Assembly (NCBI GenBank): GCA_964035545.1
Contig: OZ037772.1
Span: forward strand, 6,990,889-7,054,888
DNA length: 64,000 nucleotides
Direction: 5' to 3'
Origin: Bugula neritina
Lineage: Eukaryota > Animalia > Bryozoa
A program made the position numbers and the translations under genes. The notes beneath the pieces are model-generated. The model did not search any database. It was not told the origin of the DNA and saw only the letters and a program-made list of their open reading frames with translations. Below are positions 25,901-37,400 of the stretch, piece by piece. How positions within the stretch are numbered: the first letter of the stretch is position 1; the number at the start of each line of letters is the position of its first letter.

Positions 25901-26325
25901 GCATGGAACATTTATAAGTTCAGCTTTGAATATAACTTAGTTCAGCATTGAGCATATCTAAGATCATCATTGAGCATAAATAAGATCACCATTGAACATA
26001 TATAATATCACTATTGAACATAAATAAGATCACTATTAAACATATATAATATCACTATTGAGCATAAATAAGATCACCATTGAAAATATATAAGCTCACC
26101 ATTGAACATATATAAGATCACCATTAAACATAACTTGGCTCATTGTGATAAATACAAAGAATCAACTTTACAACTCTTTATATCAACATTGATCTAACAT
26201 ACTATTCACTGTGAACAGTACCTGACACTAATTTCTGTTCACTGCTGGTCAATTTAGGGACCTAAAAAACGAGAGGTTTTAGTTGTCAGCTTATGTTCAC
26301 TCTAACACTAATATTTCTCTCTGTG
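22940..26325. mobile_element. 3.4-kb non-autonomous DNA transposon (CAC termini, TA TSD; CACTA/EnSpm-like)
   Basis: Perfect 20-bp TIR CACAGAGAGAAATATTAGTG / CACTAATATTTCTCTCTGTG with TA on both sides. Empty site at about 4021-4040 (AGTAAAACTATATATACTAG). No transposase ORF recognised; the superfamily call is tentative. Confidence 0.85.
25930..26132. repeat. Minisatellite with ~22-bp unit (ATTGAACATATATAAGATCACC-like) inside the DNA transposon
   Basis: About 8-9 degenerate tandem copies visible. Confidence 0.85.
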
Positions 26326-26392
26326 TATATATACTAGTTAAAAGTTTATATGTTATGTTATAATATGATATATAACTCTGCAGTTTATATCA

Positions 26393-27216
26393 TCAGTTTT
26401 CCTCATACTGCACTTTGAACAGGCGCAGCTTCTGATCACTCCAACAAGGTAGAGCTAATATGCCATCTTGAAAACTGATTACTCCAACTAACTTTGGCAA
26501 TTTGTCATGAACCAGGTTTTTGAGCAAAGTACCTGTAAAATACAAAGAATATATTTTTCAGGTTGCGTAAGCCTTGCAGTAGTTTAAGCATTTCTGTAAT
26601 TTTTAAACCCAATTTTTCATTATGATAGCTTCTTCATGTTTTGACTTGCTGCAGAGATTTTGTTTGATACTGTGGTATTTTTATGTTGAGGACATGAATC
26701 AAAGGTAGAGGTGGATTCTTGATTTTGCTTAAAATAAATATTTTTATATGAAAAATATCACCAACTCTGTAGCATGTGCGTTAGTTATCTGAATGACTTC
26801 AAATTAGTATGAAAGAGTAAATTACCCTCAGGTGAGATGATGTAAATGGCTTTGAAACCATCTGTTGCACCAACGTAGATGAGACCATTAGAATCTGTAC
26901 AGACACTGTATCCACCTGTTACATCATCACATGTCCAGACTGTAGTCAGCGTTTTATTCTCTAATTTGTACTTTATCAGTTTACCTTTACCAACTCCTAG
27001 CAGATGACCATCTGGTAGAAAGTGTAGACCATGTGGATACACATCAGGATGAATAGTCTCTGTCTGTTCAGTGATGAAGTCATAGATGATCAGCTGTTTA
27101 GTATCTGGATGATTCACCACAACATATCTGTCAGAGACTGCCATTCCTGCTACACCAAGACCTGTTCTATCAAACTGAAACAGTTGTTTTCTCTTTGTGA
27201 TGTCACCAGCTAAACA
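26393..27216 (-). pseudogene. Orphan TRIM propeller cassette: 3' ~60% of exon 6 (26826-27216) plus intact exon 7 (26393-26532)
   Basis: Open frame CLAGDITKRKQLFQFDRTGLGVAGMAVSDRY...YIISPE, with intact GT donor, AG acceptor and an A-type exon 7 ending VQYEEN*. The 5' end breaks off into a CCA repeat. Confidence 0.9.
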
Positions 27217-27337
27217 CCACCACCACCGCTACTGCCACCACCACCACCGCTACTGCCACTACCACCACCACCACTGCCACCACCACCACCGCCACTGCCA
27301 CCACCAATGCAACCAATTTAATCAATGCAACCACCAG
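27215..27337. repeat. (CCA)n-based trinucleotide/low-complexity repeat
   Basis: CACCACCACCACCGCTACTGC-type units. Source of the spurious His-rich ORF. Confidence 0.9.
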
Positions 27338-28400
27338 CTACATAAAATGATGTACTGCACTATTATAGCACAAGCACTTATAACAAATGCTGCAAAGCAT
27401 CTTACGTTAAAATATTATGGCTATACTTCATATATTGAAAATATATTTATGTGAAAAGTAGTTGAGTACTGCAGTATAGTATTAGAGCTAATAATTGAGA
27501 TAATATTTATTTTTCCTGAAGTTATCTGTCCCTGCATACTTAGAATATTTGTTTCTGTTGTGCGGTTATCACTTTTTCATCAGCTATAGTTCAATCAGTT
27601 TATCTTGTCTTTGACATTGAGTTGGTTAACTTGAACTTGTGCACTGGACCGATATTCTAGTAAAGCACATGCTGCAAACCACAGAGGTCAAAGTGCATAC
27701 ATATAAGTTGTTTTTTCCAATATGCTTAAACCAAGTATCATTAAACAGAACTGTGATGTTTAGAGAATATGATGATATTTATAAGTAAAAGGCTACAGAA
27801 AGTTTAAAAAATTGTTCGATATATAATTCAGAAGAAAATCCCATATATAGAGTTGTGGCTCTACTTCAGTAATGACATGCAAAGACAATTTAATTTTTAT
27901 TGATTCCATAATTTGTGTAGAAACCTGCCATCAGGCAATATTGCTAATAAGTTAGTTATCTGAAATCCAAAAATAAAACTTCCAACATTTGTGAAAAAAT
28001 GATGAAACTATCATTCTATGTTAAAAGTCGCCAGCAAACAGAGAAACCAGTTCATTATAATATATGGTCTATTGTGAGTGACAGCATAATATGTTTTTGC
28101 AGATGAAAAACGCATTTAATCTCTTTAATTCTAAGCGCTGCGATGAGCATATAAAACTAGAGCAGAATCATAAGTGGTATTCCGTATTTATATAAATGCT
28201 ACAGAAAACAACCAGCAAATTAAAAAACTAATCCTTTAGCGTTGTTAGATACATGTTGTTTGTAAAAATTTTGCTTCAACATTATTGGTTAATATATAAA
28301 AGAACTAGTTGTATTGTTCTAAAATTTGGCTACAATTAGAAATAATTAAAAATGTATTTGTTGCATTTCGGTTGTCGATCATCTGTTGTTGTCATCTTCA

Positions 28401-31400
28401 TTATTTTGTACTCGTATTTATTCTAAACAAACGCAGCATATTTTCACTCCAGCAAGATAAAGCTAATGTGTCATTTTTCATGCTGATGGCTCCTACTGAC
28501 TTTGGTAGTTTGTCATGAATCAGTTTTCTGACTTGTTTACCTACAAAATAATATTAATAACTTTGTTTTTGATAATTGCTTAACAGCATATTTTTCTAAT
28601 ACTTAACATAGTTAAAAGAGTAAGCCATAATAAATTGCAGTAAATATAAGTATATGCAGTTTTAAGAGAGATATCATTTGTAATACATACGCTCCTAATT
28701 TTCTCATAATTATATACATATAAAAGAGTAATACTATGTGATAATTTTAAAACATAATATTATACATTTAGTATCATATTATTGGCCACTCAGCGATACT
28801 CTGCAATATGTCCATAAAAATGTTTTATGTGTTTCATGAGTAAAATAAGAGCTAAAACTGACAGCAAAAACATGAACATTATTATGTGGTATAAAATAGA
28901 TAGTCTATATTTATACAAGTGAGTGAGTAAACACAGAGGTAGTATGCAGAAAGTAGGGATGGATATTTTACTGCAGCTTTAATTATATATTATATAATAG
29001 TATAAATTCAATGCAATAATTTTCAAAACATAATCTTACCCATTGGAGAGATAATGTAGCATGTTTTTATGTTGTCTGCAAAAACATAGATGAGACCATT
29101 AGAATCTGCACAGAGACTGTATCCATCTGTTACACCATCACATGTCCAGACTGTAGTCAGCTTTCCATTCTCGACTTTGTACTTCATCAGTTTACCTCTA
29201 CCAACTCCTAGCAGATGACCATCTGGTAGAAAGTGTAGACCACGTGGATACACATCAGGATGAATAGTCTCTGTATGTTTAGTGATGAAGTCATAGATGA
29301 TCAGCTGTTTAGTATCTGGATTCTTCACCACAACATATCTGTCAGAGACTGCCATTACTGCTGCACCAAGACTTGTCCTATCAAACTGAAACAGTTGTTG
29401 TCTCTTTGTGATGTCCCCAGCTAAACACATGTCTACCTTAGATATGTCACCTTCTCTGTGTAGAATGAAGACATTCTGAGAAGTCTCAATCACTCCTGAT
29501 ACTCTCTTCACACTTGTACTGTATTCACTCAGCTCATTACCATCTCTACTCAGTAACTGTATTCCATTATAAGTACTTATGAGTATGTCACCATCTTCTC
29601 TGTGATTGGCTGAGAAACACCACCCACTTGTCTCATGTTCAGATATGAATGTCAGTGAAGAAGGAACTAGACTGATGTTTAGTAGTCTACTTGTGTCCTC
29701 ACCTTCAATATATAATATAAAACTGGTCATTTATGTGTATGTATGCATCTGACTAGTCATTCTTATGCAAAATAATGTTGCAAGCTTATTTTAAATCTGT
29801 TAAATTGACTAGCAACTTTTACAAATAATAGTTTAACCTAGTTTTTACAGCTTGCTTTTCACATTATTATTCAAATTGAAAGCCGCCTACAGTTTTGGTA
29901 TTATCGACATTTATGAAAAATTTAAAACATCACTGTGTCATTTTTATATTATATTGTGGTTTTATATTATCATTGTCATATAGCAGCAACTCAGTTCAAT
30001 TTTTATTAATCTGTATCTGTTTTGGTTACATTGACAAAGAAGATTTGGTTCATAAAATGAAAATATTGCAGATGTTATGACTGCTAGTTTTCAGCAAAAG
30101 ATTCTAACATAGAGGTTGATCAAGAATGAAACAATTGTATTCCATATCACATGTGCTCATGCAGCAACAACACTTGACTATTATTGTACTCTATATACTA
30201 AAACATAATGTATACCCAAGTATTATTGAACACTAGTATAATGAGCACATTTTCATTGAGTGATATTGGTTTACTATAGAAAATGTTTAGCAGATTACTC
30301 ACGCGGCACTTGAGTTGTTATTCTAACACATCTTTAAGATTGTTAAACGTGTTTTTTTGCTTAGTTGAGCATATAATTTATGTGATAAGCTATAGTTGTA
30401 CACCATTACAGCTATACTAAAGATCAAGTGCTTTGTTGAATATTCTTTGCATGTATAAGTTTTGCATTACGTTTTCTGAGCTGCAAACATTCTGAGCAAT
30501 GACTATTTAACATAATTGAGATCATTATTTAAAAATCTGCAGGCTATATTATACACACTATATATTCTAATGTTTTGAACTATTTCTGTTTAAATTAATC
30601 TTTAGACAACAACTCTATAAATTTATTATATTATCTTACGTATTGTATAGTCTCCTTATAATAAACCACAAGTAACATATTATATTATATTGTAATTGTA
30701 AAGGTGTAAAAGCCATTTCTTTGTATACTTGTGCTCTCCAGGATTTGTGGTTGGCAAAGATTATAGTTTTTGTTGCAGCCATTTTTATACTGAGATACCC
30801 TTAATCAAAAATATCACAAATACAGTAATTGTAAATAGAGTGTCCGCTGCAGGAAACCAAAAGTCAGTAGAAATTTGTTTTTACTCGTTAATTTTGGTTG
30901 CATAAATTCCTGTAATTTAGATTTTATATTCCATAGACCAATATTTTAAACCATCTGAATTTATTATTCTTATCTGCATTTTGTTTCTGTTTACTTTATC
31001 AAACATAATTTATGTAGTTTTTTTGCCGGTCTACTATAGATTTGAATTATTTAAATTACTTTAAACATATCTACAACAAAGAGCAGTGAAAAAACTCTAT
31101 ACAGCACACTGACACCTTCATTTAGTGCAAATAAAATTTTGTATAAAAATACAAGCAAAACCTCATATTATTGTCTGATTTTGAAATAGTTGTAAGTCAA
31201 TAAAAATGTAAATCTTGTAGTTGTATCTCTCTTAACAGATATTGATAACAGAAACTGAAACTATGTTGCGGTTACTATAATTATATATAGCTAATTTTTC
31301 ACAGTCTACATAGAGTTTCTGAATCGATAATTATATATTAAATTTTATTACCATTCTTGCTATATAGTCTATTTAGTAAATTACTGTGAGGGACCTGCCG

Positions 31401-34400
31401 GAATATGGAAGGGGAGAAATAAAATATAATTCACTAACAATATACTCTGTAACTTTATGACTACAAAGAATTTTGAAACAAAGCAGATTTGCATAGCATA
31501 CATCCTCCTATTAATATTGGGAAAAAACTGTAATAGAATGTCGCTATTGGCTAATGCAAATAACAAGATAAAATAGACAAAACGGCATTCTTGGGTTCAA
31601 CACTGAAATAGCACGGGCGCACGAGATCTGCTAACTAGACTTGCCAGATAATTAAAGCATCTTCTTACATGGTGTCAGAAGTGAGATAGGCAGTTATAGA
31701 GATAGTGGTAAAAGATTGGTTGGGTGAGTTAATTAACGTGTTGAGAGTAAACGAATCAAAACAGCTATGGCAGAAAGTTCTTCAACTAGAGATGAAAAGT
31801 TTGTAAAACGACTTAATTTTTCAGGTGAGACTCTTTCAACTGATTGGAAATTATTTAAAGGACAGTTTGAAATATTCAAAATAGCTAAGAAATACGGTGA
31901 TATGGGGGATGAGGAGCAGATTGCAAATTTACTTGTGTTGATGGGACCAGAGAGTGTTCTTATATACAGTCAATTTGAATTTGATGATGCAGTAGACCCC
32001 AGGAAGAAATCCCTAAGGAATGTAATATGCATGTTTGACCAGCATTTTGAACCGGTTAAAAATATAATATACGAGAGAGTAAAGTTCAATAGCATCACTC
32101 AAGGGAACAACACAATTCACCAGTTCAAAACAAAGTTGCAGTCACAAGCAGCTAATTGTGAATACAGGGCTGTTCGTGATGACTTGATTCGAGATCGGAT
32201 TGTCACAGGGGTGAATGACTCTAAATTAAGGGAATATCTCATTGACTTAGAGGATTTAACACTGTTGAAGTGTATCCAGAAGGCCAAGCAGTACGTAAGT
32301 AACCATGAGCAGGTTTTGAAAATGAGCATGTCATCTGCTAGTGACAATCTGGACTACGTTAAGAGAGACAGTGGTAATGGAAAAAAATTGAACAAAACTA
32401 TCAGGGACAGTAGTGAAAAGCGCCCTTTCTGTGGTTGGGAAGCTCATGTTAGAACTCGGTGTCCTGCCAGGTCTGCTACTTGTTTTAAATGCAAAAGTGA
32501 AGGTCATTGGAGTAAAACATGTACCAATACCGTTTCTAGAGGCGCTCAATATAGCTCAAAGGCAGAAATGGTTCACTGTGAGGAGATGGATGGACTCTTT
32601 CTTGGCGATGATTCTTTATGACTAGGCGTAATTGATTCTAAGACAGTAACCTACACTTCAAATGCTTGGTTAGTTAACATTAAAGTTGATGATGTACCTA
32701 TAAAATTTAAAATAGACACAGGGGCAGCTGTCACAGCGTTGCCTGCATTTTTATTGTATTGTTGTAATTGGGGGTCACAACCTTCTACAAAAATTTTGAG
32801 AAGAGCGGGTAACAATAGATTAAAGGTGATTGGCCAGGCTATGGTCGGTTTGCGTTTAGGAGAAAAAAAGATTCAGGAGTTAGTGTACTTTGTTGAAAGG
32901 CTACTAATGCCTCTTTTGGGAAAACCTGCTATTGGAAAACTTGATTTAATCCGTTTTGTAGATGGCATTGATCATAGTGAGCGCCATGATTGGAAGAAGG
33001 TTTATCCTTACTTGTTTCGTGGGCAGGGAGCAATGTCCACGGAAGTGAGGATCCAGATAAAAGAGGATGCTCTGCCGTTTTTTCAAGCAGTACCTCGGCA
33101 GATTGCAGCAGCTAGGAAACAGCCACTGTATGAGGAGCTTTTTCGGATGAAAAAGTTAGGAGTAATTGAACAGGTAGAAAGACCCACTGAATGGTGTTCT
33201 CCTTGTGTTGTTGTGTCTAAGAAAGATGGAACAATAAGGGTTTGTGTAGATTTTACTCGATTGAATAAAGCTGTCAAGCGCGAATACCATTCTTTGCCAA
33301 CATCTGATGAAACACTCAGTGAACTAGGAAATGCTCGTATATTCAGCAAATTGGATGCCAACTGTGGATATTGGCAGATGAAATTACACCCCGACTCATA
33401 TCACCTAACCACCTGGTAGGTACTGGTGTAAACGTCTGCCTTTTGGTATCAGTTCTGCCCTGGAGATTTTTTAACGTGAGATGATAAAGATGCTTGCCAG
33501 GAGTCAGCTGTCATACGGACGATATTTCGATTTATGCAGGGAGTCCACAGGAGCATGAGGACTGGCTACAGCAGGTTTTGAATAGACTGCAAGAAAGTGG
33601 AATCGCTCTCAATGTGGAAAAATGTGAATTCCGGAAGACTTAATTAAGATTTCTTGGTCATGTCATCAGTGCCGAGGGTATTAAAGCTGACCCAGAAAAG
33701 ACAATGGCTGTAACGAAGTTTCCAACTCCATGTAACAGGCAGGAGCTGCGCAGGCTTTTCGGCTTAGTGAACTATATGGGAAAATTATCTGCTGCTATGG
33801 CAGAAAATTCGGGAAAGCTGCGTCAATTACTTGGTAAAAACTCTGATTGGTACTGGGGCCAGTACAGGACAAAGAGTTTGCATGCTTGAAATATATGATG
33901 GCCAGCACTTCCACTTTAGTTCCGTACGGTCTTCATAGAAAAACAATGCTCAGTGCAGACTCGTCATCATTTGGCCTTGGGGCGGCGTTGCTGCAACTAG
34001 TGAATGGGGTCTGGAAGCCTGTGGCCTTTGCATCTAGGTCTTTAAGTAATGCTGAGCAGGAATACGCACAGGTGGACAAGGAAGCTCTAGCAATCTGCTG
34101 GGCTTGTAAAAAGTCCCATTACTTTTTGGCAGTTCGTCAGTTCACAATGGAGACTGATCACAAGCCTCTGCTTTCAATTCTTGGTGAGAAGGAATCAGCT
34201 AAATTACCTCTCCGGGTGCAACGGTTTAGATTATGGATGATGTCATTCACTTATGATGTGGTCTTTACACCAGGTAGAAAGTTGGTACTGGCTGATGCCC
34301 TGTCTAGGGCACCTTACTCAGAACCACAGGAAGCCCAAGGGGAACCTTTGCTGGTGCAGGAGCTAATAGATGCTATGCCTGTTTCCTCAACTCGTCTGCG

Positions 34401-37400
34401 CCCCATTCAGGCTGCCATGTGGACAGAAGATGAAGGTCGAATTCTCTTGAAATACATTATGGAGGGATGGCCTAGGACAAAGGATATCGACCCTTCTATG
34501 AAGCAATTTTGCACGTTCAGAGACAGCTTGACCACAGTTCAAAGAGTAGTATTTTTTGAAAACCGTCTATACATTCCCAAAGTCGAGAGAAACCGGGTTT
34601 TGAAGAAAATACACGATGATCACCAAGGAGAAACTAAATGTATTCGTAGGGCAGTTGATGTAGTTTGGTGGCCTGCCATGACAGCTGATATTAGATCGTT
34701 AGTGAAAGGCTGTTCCAAGTGTGGAGAATTTCGATTGAAACCTCGAGAGCCTCTGGTCTGTTCCTCTTGGCCTGAGAGACCATGTTGGGGCTTAGCAGTT
34801 GACCTATGTACCAAGGATGAACGAACATATTTAGTGGTGGTAGATTACTACAGAAGGTACATTACGGTTAATGAACTCAGTGACGCAAAAACTATAGTTT
34901 CCAAGCTCGAAACACTTTTCTGCTTGCTAGGCATTCCTAATACATTAGTCAGTGATAATGGACCACAATTTGTGTCCGATAGGTTTCAGTCTTCCCTGTC
35001 AAAATGGGATGTTAAACACATAAGTAGTTCTCCGAAGTGCCCCCAGTCAAATGGTGAGGCAAAAAGAGCTGCTCAGACGGTGAAAGGCTTGATGAAGAAA
35101 ACTGTCAACATTCAGGCTGCACTGTGTGCGTACAGAAACACACCCTTGGCAAACGGGTACCCACCAGCTGAGCTTGTGTTTGGTCGGTCTCTGAATTCTA
35201 TGGGTGTCATGCCAAACAAAAGCGTTAACTTGAGCCGGCTTCGACAGTTTGAGGCAGGTCAACGAAAGGCACACGCGTTTTATTATAACAGGAGGCATCG
35301 GGCTAGAGAAAGGGAACCAATGGAAGTAAGTCTGGCGATAAAAATTAAAGATGGAAGTCAGCTGAAATTTGGAGTTGTAATTGCGACTAAAGGCAAAGAA
35401 ATTGTATCGTCAAATGATTCGGGAGTATTGCTACGTAGATATCGCTTTCAAATATCTAAAGCAGCTGACATTTTGTTACCGACAGCAGAAGATTCTACTG
35501 TTGGTGAAAGCCAGTCCCCAGAGCAGTCCAACACTCGCCAGCCGTTTGAAGTATCTCCCTCTACACATGTGACCGGTCTAGAAACTATGGATGAAGATAG
35601 TCAATCGTCACCGACTGGGGAACCTGATAAATCTACTCGAAGAACTAGGAGTGGTCGGACAATATGGCAGCCAGAAAGGCTGGACTTATAGCCATAGTTT
35701 GGCTGCCTACTGGTTTTTTTTTGTGTCAAATTTTTTTTTCGTGTCTCTTCGATTGTCTTAAGCACTAGGAGTGCTCAAAAAAAAAAGAACAGAGAAAGGA
35801 AACATTTTATTGAAATTGAAAATTTAAAAGGACTAAAAAAAATAATAAAGGGGCTGTTGATATGGAATTTACTATTCAATTCTATGGCATTCTAAAAGTG
35901 AAACACCAAGCTTGGAGGGAGGATGTAATAGAATGTCGCTATTGGCTAACGGAAATGGCGAGATAAAATAGACAAAACAACATTCTTGGGTCCAACGCTG
36001 AAATTGCACGGGCGCACGAGATCTGCTAACTAGACTTGCCAGATAATTAAAGCATCTTTTCACAAAAGCAACCTTATATATACCCCAGAATGGCAAAAGA
36101 ATAGTTTCATGTATTGACAAGTTACCTGTGTGTATCAGAGTTGGTAGATCAGCAAGTTCACAATCAACCAAATTATCCGCATCATGTCTTTCCAGCTCTT
36201 CTGTTATTCTTTTCTTCTGTCTGATCTTCTCAGTCACATGACCATCTTTTAGAAGACGAGTTAACTCAGCTTGAGATTTTTTCAACCCATCTTCTTTTGT
36301 CATCAGCTTGGTGTGAAAGCCTTCAACCTTGGCTGTCATATTTCCTTTGTGGTTTCTAACTTTGTCTATCATCTCTTGACTCTCCTGCCTTATTCTTTGT
36401 ATCTGGAATTGATAATCAATTTTTTCACCATTTCTTGTCAGCTAATTTTCGGAACAGTGAGCAAAGGATTTGATGTTGACAATAACCATTATATTGTTGT
36501 CTCAAATATATAAAGCATGAAGCTTCATATAGAGATTTGTAAATAGTGAATACAATCATATCTAAAATGTCATGCAATCTGGTTAAATTTCTGGCATGTG
36601 TTTTGAAAACTTGTCTTGTAGATTTCCACATTGCCTAATATCATGAATGTTTTTTTGCTCTGAGAAGGCTAATATTCTTACCATGATATGATTTGCCATT
36701 AGGTAATTTTTTGTTATAAAGAGAACAAGGATTTTATATTAAAATACTTCCAGAAAATAATTCCATAGAATGACTGTACCCACCATCTCATCTCTAACTC
36801 TTTCTATCTCTGCTGTCATGACTCCACATTTCTCTCCCTGAACATCCAAATCTCTCCACGCCTTCTTGTCCAGAGAATACACTTCATCTATTTTCTGTGA
36901 TACACTCTCCAGCTTACCTCTGAGATATTCATTTACTTCCACTTTCAGAGATGTAAGAGACTTGAAGTCATGTTGACCTCCATCTAAAATGTACAGCAAT
37001 ATCTTATCACAGCGTTTTTTATTAATGACTGTATACATGAAAAGCTATATCTTACTCTATTTTTGACTAAAGTATATATGGTGTAATCATGAAATAAAGT
37101 TTTTGTTTTAGCGATGATAATATGCACAGTTTTAGGGTTGTAGATTGTACTTAAAACACTCTGAATAGTAAAGACAATCTTAACTAGAAAGAGTAAGCAA
37201 AACAACCGATTTCAAAATGTGTTCTTTTCAACACAAAGAAAAACACCAGAACAATGTTTTCATCTTTTTGAAATACTTATTTTTAATCTTAGCCATTTAC
37301 AAAATAAAAGAGAAAGAACATTTTGTTATATTCCTTTTTTTCAGGAAGCCAAAACTATGCTACTCAGGAAGTGTGAAGTGTTATAATGAATATATCCATT

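Larger units (their letters stand above)
31529..36064 (+). mobile_element. Full-length Gypsy (Mag-like) LTR retrotransposon in gene C intron 5, pol disrupted
   Basis: 141-bp LTRs at 31529-31669 and 35924-36064 (TG...CA). PBS TGGTGTCAGAAGTG (tRNA-Leu type) at 31670; PPT GGAGGGAGGA at 35914-35923; TSD AAAAC/AAAGC. Domain order gag-PR-RT-RH-IN. Confidence 0.95.

Noticed and set aside
25930-26132. CRISPR-like array
   Set aside because: Contiguous tandem units with no unique spacers, no cas genes, and a eukaryotic context.
27197-27454. His/Cys-rich 85-aa ORF resembling a metal-binding peptide
   Set aside because: Product of a CCA repeat. Its start lies antisense within the broken propeller exon. 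On the minus strand a TAG at 27229-27231 prevents it extending the propeller frame.
31250-31262. ISRE-like GAAACTGAAACT in intron 5 (also about 61233) and GAAAGTGAAA within the mariner remnants
   Set aside because: Far from any start site or inside transposon coding sequence, and not conserved in gene D. Illustrates the chance rate of such motifs.
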